Shown one piece after another: positions 12,946-27,005 of a DNA stretch of 64,000 nucleotides (the first letter of the stretch is position 1; every line of letters starts with the position of its first letter). A program made the translations under genes and the position numbers. The notes under the pieces were generated by a model, which searched no databases, was not told the origin of the DNA, and saw nothing but the letters and a program-made list of their open reading frames with translations. This DNA comes from Octopus vulgaris (lineage: Eukaryota): positions 35,960,001 through 36,024,000 of the forward strand of contig OX597824.1 in assembly GCA_951406725.2 (NCBI GenBank). The letters run 5' to 3'.

Positions 12946-13509
12946 ATCGTCACATGTCTGACTTCAGGTAAAATTTTGTCAAATTTCAAAACCAATAAAC
13001 AAGAGTTAAAACTATTGAAAAGGTTGCAAGAGGTAACGAAAATTTTAGGAAAATAAAAATTAAAAAAAGTGGAAATTTTACCGGCGCGTGTGTTACATTA
13101 TAAGGCACAAAAAGAAAATGACTCTCCCCAGACACAACAGAATATGCTTCAAAAGACGAACTCATATAAAGAATCTTGCAAATCAAATCCCCAAACGAAA
13201 TAAACAAGAGTTGCAGAGGAAAAATAGAGTTATAAAAACCCATAAAACACTATGATAAAGATATTTCTCGTCTTGATTCAAATAACATTGGAAAGGAACG
13301 GAGTTTATCTGACAACCCAATACAAGCTATACAAATTTCTCAATCTAAACACAGTTCGTCGGTTAGTCAAAGAGAAATCTATTCAGTTAATCGTATAGTA
13401 ATGGGAGATATCTCGAAATGTACTTTGTCAGTTATTCACAAAAGCAAGGAATTGCGTTTCGCATACTGTAAAGACGAAACCAGTAAGCTTTTGTTTTGTT
13501 ATCATATTG

Positions 13510-13915
13510 GTTTCAAATTTTTGCACAAAACCAGTAATTTCGTGGGAGGAGCTAAGTCGATTAAATCGATCCCAGTGCTCGACTGGTATTTATTTTATCA
13601 GCCCCGAAAGGATGAAAGGCAAAGTCGACCTCAATTTGAACCCAGAACGTAAAGACGGAAGAAATGCCGCTAAGCATTTTGCCCGGCGTGCTTAGGATTC
13701 TTATTTCTTTATTTCCCACAAGAGGCCAAACATAGAGGGGACAAACAAGGACAGGCATAGGGATTAAGTCGATTACATCGACCCAATGCGTAACTTGTAC
13801 TTAATTTATCGACCCCGAAAGGATGAAAGGCAAAGTCAACCTCGGCGGAATTTGAACTCAGAACGTAACGGCAGACGAAATACGGCGTGCTAACGTTTCT
13901 GCCAGCTCGCCGACT
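13510..13915 (-). mobile_element. Tandem SINE family B copies
   Basis: Two occurrences of ccccgaaaggatgaaaggcaaagtc(g/a)acctc with heads and tails matching the 10948 copy. Confidence 0.85.
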
Positions 13916-14578
13916 TATCTTGCATATCCTATTATCTGAAAGTTCGTGCTTGCAAATTCAGTATCATATGTTTCAAATATCAACATTAGCAAATAAAAAG
14001 GGTTGAGATATTTTTGTCAAAAATCCACAAGACATTCTCCGTAATATTAAACTCGGAAGTTCTGGAGCGCAGCGACTTAAGCATAGAAAAAGAGAGCGAT
14101 AAAAAAAAGCTGACTTAAATTGTAAAGTAGGTTGATCAAAGGATTAACAATAAAAGTGGATCTGAGAAAAAGAAATGTGGAAAACACTTTGATCCAAATA
14201 TTAAGAAACAACTAGAGAAGTATCTGAAATGAAGCCTCAGATTTTGAGATAGACATTAATTTCCCCCACGGCTGTGGAGATGTTAGTGAAAGAGGAGGGT
14301 GCAATGTGAAACAGCGTCTGATGTGAATTTGATGGAAATGACTAGAAGAAATCTACTTCAAAAATGTCTGTTTTATTCTTTGATTAATGTTAAATGTACG
14401 TTTTAGAGCAGGTAAACGTTTGGATAAAAATTTTAATCTCTTACGAAAATATCGCAAAATGGTGTATAATACATTTCTACTATATAAATGTGTGTTTAGT
14501 CCCGAAAGGATCTGAAATGAACAGTGCACACTCGAGAAATCTGCATCCCAAAGAGAAGGTTGTCCGTAAATAATAATG

Positions 14579-14660
<82 letters not shown>

Positions 14661-14662
<2 letters not shown>

Positions 14663-15217
14663 TGCCCTGATGCAGTACCAGGTAGTGGCTCTCATGGCTT
14701 CTGATCTTAACTGATTGGAAGTGTTATCATGTACATTGTTTTGTCTTGGTATAAAAGATGGGCTACAGCAAATATTCTGCTCAATACCACAGATTTGCTT
14801 GTCAGTTGTTTGACTTTAACCAGTTGAGCATGTTCCTCAGTGGCTGACGATATGTGCATTTCTGATCACGAGCAGAAGTAGTGGGGGAGCATCATAGCCA
14901 TGTGTTGAGAGGGATTCTTTGGGGTTTGAATAATTCACCTCTGGAAACATAGGTGATTCTTTCAACATCCTTAAACAACCCTTATTCAGGGACCTTTTGA
15001 GCGGGATGGGCTACTCAACCTGAAGAAAATTCTAACTGGGCCCCACCTGCAAGGTCATGTGCTGTTTATCTTGATATGAGATCACCATGTCGCGCACATA
15101 TGGTTGTGATGCATGTGCCTGGTGTACCCTTATCAGACGGGTAGTCATGATGGGTATATTGGGCTTCGTATATTTTACCCCAGTGTCACTTTGATGGCAT
15201 GAACTGCTCTCTCACTC

Positions 15218-15218
<1 letters not shown>
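14661..15218 (+). mobile_element. 3' portion of a (TAA)n-associated non-LTR retroelement, copy 2
   Basis: Near-identical to 5914-6397, embedded in (AAT)n on both sides. Confidence 0.7.
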
Positions 15219-15270
<52 letters not shown>

Positions 15271-16024
15271 GTAGAAGAAGAAGAAGAAGGAGGAGGAGGA
15301 GGAGGAGGAGGAGAAGAAGGAGAAGAAGAAGAAGAAGAAGAAGAAGAAGAAGAAGAAGAAGAAGAAGAAGAAGAAGAAGAAGAAGAAGAAGAAGAACAAC
15401 AACAACAACAACAACATTGCTTTTATTTCGTTTAAAATTTCTTGTAAAGTTTTCTTTCATTTTATGATACACTACTATCACGCATAAAATGTTTAGCTTC
15501 CAAATCCTGTTTTCTGATTGGGTAAAAATAATCAAACTTTAAACCTCTGTAAATTTTTTCGAAAAGTTTTCTGGAGTAAATGAACCACAAAATTGGCTTC
15601 AGAATAAAAAAAACTATAACAATATATCAAATTTGAAAATTTTCATTTAATTTTGAAATATCAAAATCTGCGACAGCAACATAAAACATCTCTCTTTCTT
15701 TATTTGTCTATCTCTTCCAGTTTTTGGTTTTCTTATTGTAAACTTACCCCCTCACTCTCTATATATTTATCACACACTCTCTCTTAGTCTCTGTAAATGT
15801 ATATCGCTTACGCCGTATGTATGTATGTATGTATGTATGTATGTATGTATGTATGTATGTATGTATGTATGTATGTATGTATGTATGTTTGTGTGTGTGT
15901 GTGTGTGTATGTGAGTGTGTGTATGCATGTGTGTAAGGAATTTCATTAGGGTGACAGAATGATATAAAAAGGTTATGTGTAGATAATTTATTTTAATAAC
16001 ACTTTTCTCTTAGTTGATGTTTTT

Positions 16025-16076
<52 letters not shown>

Positions 16077-16224
16077 GGACTCGTTTGGTACGGAGTGAGG
16101 ACTTAAAAATCCAAATTACGAAATGCTTTAGTTGTTGTTGCTTCAACCCCAGCAATAGGCCACTACATCATTATTCCACAAAATGTGTTTATGGAGAGAA
16201 AACATTGAAAAACATCAATACATG

Positions 16225-17034
16225 TGTAGCGTACGCTTAGTGAAATTCTCTCTCTCTCTCTCTCTCTCTGTTATGTATAACATAAATACGGACGTAGCAG
16301 ATAACAGCTAGCCTTCGGCCGTTTGGTCCATGTTGTGCCCACTACTCTGATTGGTTGGTATTGGCGCAATTTGTCTCTTGCTCTATTACGCGCCAATGTG
16401 CAACCCAACCAATCGCAGCCTTCTGATAAGGTCCCGTGACACAGTCTTCTAAATTCTCTTTTGGAGCCTCCTAGTCTCTATAAAAGCTAGATCGACAAAC
16501 CGTATTTTGTCTTTGGTTCTAGACCTTCTAAGGCCTAATCACTGACCACAGAGCGCACAGCCAGTTCCAGCGATAGACAACACCAGCAGCATTCCGGACG
16601 TCCACCTCCGTCGCCTTCATCTTAATGTCGCCTCCATCTCAGTCGCCTTCATCTTAACGACGCCAACAACATCTCTACATACACAGCACTATTCGCTTTG
16701 GTTTAACTTCTCGCTATTTGTGAATTACTTCACCGTGGTTAACAGCAAGCTCAACCTGCGATATCTTCCTGTATCAAGTAACCGGCACAGCATAGTATCC
16801 ACAACAGCTTACACGACATGCGATTCAACCGGCTCTGCATTGTAGCCACAACTTCTTGTTACGGCACTTCAACTATTGTGTACCTGACTACGAATTGGTG
16901 TCTATCTTCATTGTGTCTGAACTTCTAGCGTCCTGTTATAGACTCTTTCCATGCTCTGTATTTTATTTTACACGCATACACCCTTGTTTGTACACACATA
17001 CACATTATGTATGCATGACGGCTTGTCTATTGGC

Positions 17035-17079
<45 letters not shown>

Positions 17080-17287
17080 ATATGTACTTATGTCGCGCAC
17101 ACAGACATACACTTTGCTAACACATAAATAAAACCTTTCTCCTAACACTCTACGGTTGTGTCGTCTTCTTTTTTCCTTCTGGCACTCATACTTATTTTAT
17201 CCATTTTTGCTTTTATTGTAAGCGACCGTGCGGTGTATTAAAGGAATCATTCATTCGCCACCTCTCCTTTCGGACGGTCGTTCTACA
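16225..17287 (+). mobile_element. Solo LTR (Ty3/Gypsy-like)
   Basis: TGTAG...CTACA termini, 4-bp TSD CATG (16221-16224, 17288-17291), CCAAT boxes, TATAAAAG at ~16479 and AATAAA at ~17127. Confidence 0.7.
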
Positions 17288-17369
17288 CATGTAAGTGACA
17301 AAGAAAGGAGGAAGGTGCCAGGTGGTCGTGGAATGTGCTAGAAACAACGAAATCTCTCTTAAATCACAC

Positions 17370-18036
17370 ACCCTTTTCGCCTGGAAAATATTTTGAAATT
17401 ATAAACAGAAACAAATTGCAGATTCGGACTGTGTAAGTTTTAAAACTATGATTTAAAAATTCGGAAAAAAGCCAAAGTTTTAAGATTTATGGGTGGGTCT
17501 AAGGGAAAAAGTTTAAAAAATAATTTATCGCAGTTTTAAAATTATCTTTCATTTTCTGTTTGAAAATAAATGAAGTGGGGATTGTAATGGTGTTCGCCGA
17601 TTTCCAAATCCTTTTGATTTTACCTCCAAGGTTTCTTACATTTTTTAAAGTGCCTAGTACAAAAAGGAAAAAGAGTCCAAAATCGTACTAAGTGGGGCAA
17701 GAAATTTTAAAGAATTCATAAATTTTCAATTTTTTTCTTTTTACTGAAAAGACGTCTCTTAATGTTAAGAGCGTAGTGCAAAAAAAAAAAAAAAAAAAAA
17801 AGGGACAGAATCGGGCCGGAAGCAGAGAGGGGAGAGGGGAAATCATAAATTAAAAAGGAGGTTTCCATAAAAATAAAAAAAACTTCCCTACATCATTTGC
17901 AACAGTGTGGTGAAAGAAACTGGAAAAATCCCCATCAAAACGGAGGAAACCCAATTTATGTAGGTGTGCTATTCCGAAAGTACGCCAACGTATTTTATTG
18001 TAAAAATTGCCCGGCAACGGCGAGATACTCAGCTAG
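17370..18036 (+). mobile_element. Non-autonomous Helitron 3' portion
   Basis: Ends gcccggcaacggcgagatactcagCTAG|T, matching the 3' end at 56340-56366. The 5' boundary is uncertain. Confidence 0.55.
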
Positions 18037-18262
18037 TATTGTGTATACGACATATATTGTATAATGCGTAAATTGTTATCCAGTCATTTTCGTGTACAGG
18101 GAATAAAATATTTCCCAATGTCATAGTCAGATAAGCCAAGACTAACTGTCATCAATGATCATCAATAATGTCTTAATGATCATTGACCAAACGATATCTT
18201 CGTTCATACTTTATCACAAACGTATTTTCATTCAAAGCAGGTAAAAACTACAACTTTAACAT

Positions 18263-19346
18263 TTCAGTTTTAAAAAATTTTGATACAAACCAATATTTGA
18301 ATTTCTATTGTAATATCCATCACACATCAAACGAAATATTACATACTGCACCACAAAATGTAATTGTGCAAAAAGGATCAACCCAAAACTACGATGAATT
18401 CAGCTCAATAGACCGAGAGGCTTTTTAAAGTTACAAAAATTTCCCTCGAAACTAATAGACAACTGGATTATATTACTTATATTACTGTGTTATTGACAAG
18501 AATTATTTGAGGATTTAAGGTAATTTTTTATATAAGTAAACACACACACACACAGAGTTAGTCAGAAGTAATGAAGGCATGCCTGTCGCTAGGAGGGGCG
18601 CACTGGATGGCACTGCCCCCTTACTATTCAATGGTGCACCCCTAGATTTAGAAAGTACAGTTTACAAGAATCTTTCTGCAATACAAATTAGTGCTTACCC
18701 ACCATATTCTGAAGCACATCCAGGTACCGAAGTATTAGTGACAGGCCTGAATGAAGATTTTTTTTTTCTTGTTCAGTTTATTTATATATAAGTAAAAAAA
18801 GATCCAATTTTCCTTAGGAAACGAAATACAGCTTAAAGTCATTTACCTATGTCTTTGGTTTCGTTGTCTAACTTTTGAGAGTCAATCGCTATGTCTCTAT
18901 TTCAAGAGGGTGACCAAAATAATGTCGGTTGTCACTAACCAGTCAATAAGTCGAGGAAGTCATATGAGAAATGAAAAGTTTAAGGTTAAAATTAACGATA
19001 GTAGGTCCAGTTAAATATCTTCATGAATGACTGCGTGGGTACGTGAGTACGCATGTGTGAACGTTGACCAGTGATATATATGTATCACACATACACACAC
19101 AACGCACTAATAAAGTTGAAACATATCTGGTTCCTTTGCTCTTTAATCAAGTTGTCTATTAGTTTCGAGGGATATTTTTGTAACTTTAAAAAGCCTCTCA
19201 GTCTATTGAGCTGAATTCATCGTAATTTTGGGTTGATCCCTTTTGCACAATTACATTTTGCGATGCAGTATGTAATATTTGATGCGTGATGGATAATACA
19301 GTAGAAATTCAAATATTGGTTTGTATCCAAATTTTTAAAAACTGAA
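18263..19346. mobile_element. ~205-bp inverted repeat pair (18263-18470 / 19144-19346), foldback or MITE-like
   Basis: The arms are reverse complements, e.g. gatgaattcagctcaatagaccgagaggctttttaaagttacaaaaat / atttttgtaactttaaaaagcctctcagtctattgagctgaattcatc. Confidence 0.85.
18578..18749. mobile_element. hAT-type MITE (172 bp) nested inside the foldback
   Basis: TIRs catgcctgtcgcta / tagtgacaggcctg; 8-bp TSD aatgaagg / aatgaaga (7 of 8 match). Confidence 0.75.
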
Positions 19347-19420
19347 TATGTCTGTAGTGTTCCCGGCATAGCATAATTATTAGATAATGTTTTTTACTCT
19401 TTTTTAAAAATAAAAAAAAT

Positions 19421-19724
19421 TTTTTTATTTGTTTTTGTCATTTGACTGTGGCCATGCTGGAGCACCGCCTTTAGTCGAGCAAATCGACCCCGAGGACTTA
19501 TTCTTTGTAAGCCTAGTACTTATTCTATCGTTTTTTTTTTGCCGAACCGCTAAGTTACGGGGACGTAAACACACCAGCATCGGTTGTTCAGTTTCCGTCT
19601 ACCAAATCCACTCACAAGTCTTTGGTTGGCTTGAGGCTACAGTAGAAGACACTTGCCCAAGGTACCACGCACTGGGACTGAACCCGGAACCATGTGGTTG
19701 GTAAGCAAGCTACTTACCACACAG
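19421..19724 (-). mobile_element. SINE family A copy with internal deletion
   Basis: Reverse complement of the family A head and tail. Confidence 0.85.
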
Positions 19725-19749
19725 TTGAATCCTATCTATAGCAGGACTT

Positions 19750-20410
19750 AGGAAATGGCTTAAAAAAAAACATCTCTCACATTTCACCAACCAAATTCAG
19801 GATTAAGTCTAGAAAGATTATATAGCTTGTGCTTTCTTTTTCCTTTAATGTTCAAATTAACGTTGAAAAAATTCACGAGCCTCCAAGAGAAGCATTTCCC
19901 AGATCATCATAGATACAGGAAAATTTTCAACAGAAAATTAGTTATACTTCTGGTTCTAACATCAAGGTGCTCATCTCAAACGAACCTTTTAAGTAAGACA
20001 GTTTAGATTACTCATGAAGAAATGCAGACGGCTGCTCATTACATCAGCTATGTAACAAAGTTGAGAGTGTACGAAGCGGAAGCCACTTCAACCAGGCTAA
20101 ATTTGTCAGTCAACAACGGCAGTTACATAGTTGAAGGGAAATTCAATAAAAGATGTTATAATCACTGATATTCTTCAGACACGTCGACAAAAGGAATTTC
20201 ACGACACTGGTCAACCAAATTCAGAAAGTAAGAAACTGGAAGTGCTTACTACAGCATCAAATAGAGGGTTGTCAAAAGAGCGAAACGTTTCATAAGCAGG
20301 TTGAAAAAATTCAGTCTTTGCACAATGAAAAAAATATATATCTTACACAGATAGAAAAATACAGAAACTTTCTAAATTCCAAGAAAGTGATTTTTACCAG
20401 GTGTTACAAT
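19750..20410 (+). pseudogene. Penelope-like element (PLE) ORF remnant: RT-endonuclease linker and GIY-YIG endonuclease
   Basis: Hand translation across frameshifts gives RKII*..FSFNVQINV, QEKHFPDHHRYRKIFNRK, ISY..SNIK, VYEAEA, YIVEGKFNKRCYNH and FLNSKKVIFTRC. These match the PLE pattern as I recall it (WFNPP..KHFP..KIFNR..SYS, VY, YIG..FK.R..NH, LN.R.E..S.C). Confidence 0.7.
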
Positions 20411-20652
20411 CAGATGTTCATCATCACCACCCGGGTACACTTTTCACGTTTTGATTTCTTCTTTCGCCATATCAACCATTTTACACTTCACCACACAGAT
20501 AACATTTAACACAGATATAACATAGCAACAGCAAACCATAACAACCTCTAAGCTCTTTGTTGAGACAGTTTACAAATAGTTGTACATTTTTATAATGGCA
20601 TCGATCTGCGTTTGGATGTCTGGGAGTGTGTGCACGAGCGTGTGCTCGTGTG

Positions 20653-20751
<99 letters not shown>

Positions 20752-21113
20752 ATGTGTGTGCTGTGTAAGAGTGAATGTCTGTGAGAGATCGCATATAAAT
20801 TTAATTCATATGATGTGCGTATGCGCACATGCATGGAGATATGTATGTAGATATACAAGTGTGCTCGTGTACAATTGTGTGTATGTGTGTGTGTGTGTGT
20901 GTGTGTGTTTGTGCGTTTGAGGTTATAATTCTTACTTCATCCACTGACTTCCTTTAACTATCACCAATTTATATAGACATCCAACAAAAATGGTAAACAA
21001 TCCATATCATAATCTAGCTTTTTGTACAAAAAAAAGTACGTTTATGTACCAAGGACAATAATTGACAGTCCAGGGGACTTAATCTAGATTTCTGAATACC
21101 TGAGTTATTACCC

Positions 21114-21169
<56 letters not shown>

Positions 21170-21247
21170 CACACAAACACAACACACATGCACGCACACC
21201 CACCCACGCGCATGCACGCACACATGTATGATATATGATATATAACG

Positions 21248-21319
<72 letters not shown>

Positions 21320-21320
<1 letters not shown>

Positions 21321-21510
21321 TGTTGTGTCTGGGGAGAGTCATTTTTTTTGTGTGCCTTGTAATTTAACATAGCAGTAAAATTTTACCGGTGAGTGTATTA
21401 AATTATAAGGAACAAAAAAAAATGACTCTCCCCAGACCCAAGAGAATATGCTTCAACACACGAACTCACATAAAGAATCTTGCAAACCAAATCCCAAAAC
21501 GAAATGCACA
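21320..21510. repeat. Short foldback next to (TA)n; the right arm and its continuation match 13075-13200
   Basis: gtctggggagagtcattttttt / aaaaaatgactctccccagac inverted pair; gaatatgcttcaa...aaagaatcttgcaaa is shared with 13140-13200. Confidence 0.7.
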
Positions 21511-21698
21511 TACACAATGTTAAATCGCCTGAAGAAATGAATCCAAAAATATAACCAGCCCGATGCCCACGGATACTACAGACTACCCTGTAATCATCCC
21601 AGGAATACGGACTGTGGTCTTAAGAGACATGTGACTTAAGGAAACGCGCGTTACAATGCATTAATCGTGTATAAATTCCATCCAAGGGTTATTCTTAT

Positions 21699-21741
<43 letters not shown>

Positions 21742-21764
21742 TGCATGTTTGTATATATTTATAT

Positions 21765-21822
<58 letters not shown>

Positions 21823-22064
21823 GCATGTATGTTTATATATATATATATAATACATACATGTACATGTATGTATGTATGTATGATGCGTGTATGTATGTAT
21901 GTATATATATATATATATATCATATTTTATATATTATATTATATTATGCAATACCAGAAAAAGCTATCACATTTTGGACTTACAATGCACCATGTGTCAT
22001 TGTCTCCATCAGATTCAGCTATGGACCGACAACCATAAAAGGGACTGGAGAGAAGAGCCTGGCT

Positions 22065-22098
<34 letters not shown>

Positions 22099-22101
<3 letters not shown>

Positions 22102-22386
22102 TATAAGAAAAGGGACAGGCAAAACAGGTTGCTTGACCGCATACCGAAAAAATAGAAATAGCAGTCAAGAATGCTTATTTCTATCAAAGTTGGACTCCGG
22201 GCATGACAGACCCTGTAATTCACATATGCAAAACATATGTTTTGCATATGTTTTGCATATGTGAATTACAGGGTCTGTCATGCCCGGAGTCCAACTTTGA
22301 TAGAAATAAGCATTCTTGACTGCTATTTCTATTTTTTCGGTATGCGGTCAAGCAACCTGTTTTGCCTGTCCCTTTTTCTTATATAC
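22099..22386. repeat. Near-perfect ~290-bp palindrome adjoining (TA)n
   Basis: Arms of ~140 bp are reverse complements around catatgcaaaacatatgttttgcatatgttttgcatatg. The ORF track shows the same peptide on both strands. Confidence 0.92.
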
Positions 22387-23466
22387 AATATATATACTGA
22401 ACTTTACAGAAGTTCCTGCCGGTAATCGGCTATATTTACATACCGAATTCTACCAGTAAATAATTGGGTTTTTTTTAAAAGCCTTTATAGAAATTATTTA
22501 CTCTTATCATTATATATATATATATATATATATATATAGCATAACGCAGAGGGAACTGGAGACTCCTAGCAAAATGACACTTGGACACAGGTAGGGGTAC
22601 CTGGCTAATGGCATCTAATAACCATAAATAATGTATTTAGAATTTATGTATATAACATACATATTATGATATATTTATTACATATATATTCACACGCAGA
22701 CATAGTACATATAAATTACATATAATAAATGGATTTTAATTCAGTAGATTTTAGTATAACAGATTTTAGAACCCTATCAATAAGATGCAAAAAAAAAAAA
22801 TGCTTTGAAGTTCAAGAAAAGCTAAAGAGAAATCAATCTAGAAGTGGTAGCTGACGTGACGAGAGTAAATCGTTAGCGACTGAGTCTGGTGAGAGACTGC
22901 CTGGTGGATTGATATAATGGTCTTTCTGGATGAGGATTCCATGAAACGAAAGGAGAATGTAGTAGCATTCTGCCGAGAAGAGCAGTCATGAAATTAAATT
23001 CTAAGTTGAGAAAATTTGGTTGAGGTTTTAAATTACTGAATAAGGAAGAATAATCAATAAAATATTAAGTTAATGTGTAAAAGTTCTTAAACATTTATTA
23101 TTAAACATTTAAATCAAGAAAATTTTCTTAACAGGTGGCATATCAGCAATGAGTTCTAATTAAAATTTAAAATTTCAGAAATGCTGACTAAATTGAAAGA
23201 ATTGAAGACTGCAAACTGACAATCGTTAGCGGTATTTCTACGTTCTGAGTTCAAATGCTACCAAAGTCAGTTTTGCCTTCTATCCTTTTGGAGTCGATAG
23301 AAGAAGTCTTGTAGTCGATATAACCGACTTCTCCCTCCCCTCAAAATGGCTAGCTTTGTGCCAAATCTAGTTAGAAGGAATTATTAAAGGAATAAAGTAA
23401 TTTGTATGTATGTATGTATGCATGCATGTATGTATGTATGCATGTATGTATGTATGTATGTATGTA

Positions 23467-23516
<50 letters not shown>

Positions 23517-23639
23517 CGCGTCCATGTGTGTGTAGATATAGGGAAGCATACCTTTGGGTTGCGAGACAATGCATCTGCACCTGTGAAGTCTTATTTCAGG
23601 CCATGTTGACAGACAGTGTCTGATTTAGCAATAAACAAT

Positions 23640-24330
23640 GATTTGACAGTCCACGATAAGATGACGGTCCTGGTTGCAGTGATTGCTTTTGAGACACTGT
23701 TTGCCAGTGCTTTCCTGGTGCCCTTTTTTTCACCGGATACATTTTTCTTCGACAGCAAATATCAGCCTCCGCCCCGCTCTTTTTAAGTCCTTTTCTAGTT
23801 TCAGATTTCAATAGGCACGTTTACTAACAATATATTTCCACTTTTCAACGTTTCTTTAAAGGCAGATTCGACCAAGTCTTCTCTTGCCGTGTACCAACTC
23901 CCTATTCAGCAGGTCTTTTGGGATCCTCTCCTCTGGCATGCGGTGTACATAGTGCAATCAGCTGAGGTGTCGTTGTTTAGTTGTCTCGTTGTCAGAATAA
24001 CATGGAGAGGTTGGGTATATTGGTGCGGGTTCTACCTTCCTTGCCAGTGAATCGATTAATCGATTAGGTATCCAGAATCCCTTCTCAGGTTTCGTAGGAA
24101 GACGGTTTTGAGACATCGCACTTGTTTTTTAGCTTAACGCTCTTTCAGATTCTCGTTGGTAGTGTGATTAGTGTTGAGTATGTTTTTCCAATATTTTTGT
24201 TGATCTCTATCTGTGGTACTGCTATTTCTTCCCGAGGAACTTTTCATAAGAAACGAAAGCAGCTTTTGATCATCCACTTCATCTTCAATTGCTCTCCTTC
24301 CTTTGCTTCCCTTTGGCCACCAGTATAGTT
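23640..24330 (-). pseudogene. RTE-clade LINE ORF2 C-terminal remnant
   Basis: Minus-strand translation QRHLS*LHYVHRMPEERIPKDLLNRELVHGKR resembles the RTE motif WLGHV.RM...RIPK.LL.GEL..GKR. Confidence 0.65.
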
Positions 24331-24339
24331 TCCGAAGAA

Positions 24340-25150
24340 TAAGATCTACTGGAGACCTGCCTCTCTCTCATGTATGAGTGGTCTCTCCCCGTCAGAATTT
24401 CGGTGATTGCACTTAACATCAGTAAAGCCTTTGACTATGTCTGGTATGAGAATCTCCTGGCTAAGCTGTCCACCGACATTGCTCATCTCTTGGATTGGAA
24501 ATGTTTTGTCAGATCACATTATTGCAGTGTACGTTGACATAAATCTTTCTGACTTATACACAATCGACTCCGCTGTCTCTCAAAGTTTGGTTATGTCCAC
24601 CACACTCTTCCTTTTGTTCCTTAACGATCTTCCTTGTTATCGCTTCTAACAACATCCACTCTTGTGCAAATGATATCGCTCTCTACTTCACCCTAACCAA
24701 ACTCTATGCAGATATCCATATAACAATATCTATAGCATCTTACTCCAAAACTTCACTAGCTCCATGGACAAAAACGTCGGTAATACCCTTCAATGGTGAT
24801 ATGATAATCATGTCTCTTTCGAAAGCACAAGGATATTATTACAATCAGGTTTATTCTTGCATTGAGAATACTTGTTCCAATTCAAACCCAATCGAAGACA
24901 TCGCTCACGGAGACTTCGATGCATACATCTTTCTTGGTTCTCACGCATGTCCCGAATTCAAGACTGTCATGCAGAAACTGAGTATTAAGCAATTGCCAAT
25001 TCTTTGCATTAAATAGTTTCATCCTCTAAATGAATCTCTGACCAACACACAGACATTTCTAACACCTTCGATCTCTTTTTCACGTTTTAAAACCTAATAT
25101 CTACCAGACCATAGCCGTCTCTACTCCAGTCTGATTGTCTGGCTGCTGCC
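24340..25150 (+). pseudogene. Decayed LINE RT and endonuclease fragments
   Basis: ALNISKAFDYVW, SWIGNVLSD...SAVSQSLVMSTTLFLLFLNDLP (decayed SGVPQGS.LSP.LF..FINDLP), followed by IAHGDFD. Confidence 0.65.
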
Positions 25151-25592
25151 TTTTTTTTTTGTAACCACCAACATCCATTCCCAGACCACACAACGCCGCT
25201 GGTTCTATGCTAAACAATGTCTTATAGGTCAATGTTTCACGCCTCGCCATCAGAACAAGCGGGAATACAGAGGGACAGAAGAGATATCAGAGGAATCAGC
25301 TATATTGTATCACACAGAAAACTGTATTTGCACAGACGGATATATGATGAGTAACAATGAAGACTGAGTCAAGAGATTTAAATGGAAGGACCTTACTGGA
25401 GGAAAATATAATGAAGGAACTGGTGAGATATGATTTTTGTTAGATCCCACGAAGGCGATGACTGCAATAAGTTGGGAGACGATGTGCTGAGGCAACTCAT
25501 ACGATCCATGCCGGCATGGAGAATCAGATATATGTTGATTATATGATGAAGATGATGGTGAATACGACGAGGATGACCACGACCACAGTTCA

Positions 25593-25741
<149 letters not shown>

Positions 25742-25766
25742 GTCTGTCTGTCTGTCTATCTGTCCG

Positions 25767-25797
<31 letters not shown>

Positions 25798-26480
25798 ATC
25801 TATCTATCTGTCTGTCTATTTATCTATCTATCTATCAGTGTGTGTGTGTTGATAGCTAGCTAGTTATCTGGCTACACATACACACACACATACACGCATA
25901 TACTTACATATTGTTTCATACGTTTGGTTTATTTTAAATATTTTATTTGTTTATGCCGTTAAATATACTATTTCATATATTGACTTCGCAATTTGTTTAT
26001 AACTATTTCGTTAATGACTAAGTGACTATGGTTCGCTGAGGAGGCCAGAATAAAACCTAAACGAGTCTCCTGTTCTCCTCACTCACAAATTTAATATAAA
26101 TATTAGTTATTGACCATTTTGTTCTTCTTGTTGCTTATTCAAAATGTTTATTTACACCAACGTTATAAAAGATTATCGATACGAGCGCGGATTGTAGCGT
26201 AATCTTACATACAACGTTCTGTATTAGAGTTCTCTCTTTAAGCTATACCACTACTCAGTCAAATACAATTTGAAATGCATGAATATCATTGGATCCTTCT
26301 CCTTCTCAACCGCCAACCATATACATATTCAGCCAATGATTCTGTGTGCGTGTTTGCGTGTTTTCAAAGGTGGTAGAGTAGTTGTTTGTTCTTGTAGATT
26401 CAAATCAGAGACACAAGTTCGTTTCTTGGTTGAGCTAATTTGCTTGACTTACTCTGTGTCTACAAGTTTCTAGCGCTTTG

Positions 26481-26574
<94 letters not shown>

Positions 26575-26820
26575 GGGTAGCAGAGAGAGATTGCTAAGGA
26601 AGACAAAAAGCTTTAATGGGTTGCAGGAGATTTTACTTCGTTTATATGGTTAATATGAAGGAAATTGAGCTAGTTCTGAAAATTAAACAAGTGTTGGCTA
26701 CAACTACTATTTCCTTTGTGTATCCGAAATGAATGGTAGAATGCTGATGTAAGCTACTGTAGGTGTGACCATTATTTCTACTGCTAGTTTATAGAATCTA
26801 TCAATATTTTAACATCTTAA

Positions 26821-27005
26821 GGCGGCGAGCTGGCAGAATCGTTAGCACGCAGGGCAAAATGCTTAACGGCATTTCGTCCGTCTCTGCGTTCTAAGTTCAA
26901 ATTCCACCGGGGTTAATTTTGCCTTTCAGGGTCGATAAAATAAGTACTAGTTGAGTACTGAGATCGATTTAATTGACTTAGCTGGCCTTGTGCCAAAATT
27001 TGAAG
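26821..27005 (+). mobile_element. SINE family B, partially deleted
   Basis: ggcggcgagctggcagaatcgttagcacgc head with a truncated core. Confidence 0.8.

Noticed and set aside
21605-21655. Hammerhead-like ...cttaag..cttaagGAAACgcgcGTT (related copy at ~38430-38480)
   Set aside because: The first core box is not CUGANGA-like in this copy and no stem I pairing was found.
21950-22020. Minus-strand CTGATGG...CAAAATGTG hammerhead relic; similar weak cases at ~26035 and ~43220
   Set aside because: Too many core mismatches to distinguish from chance by eye.
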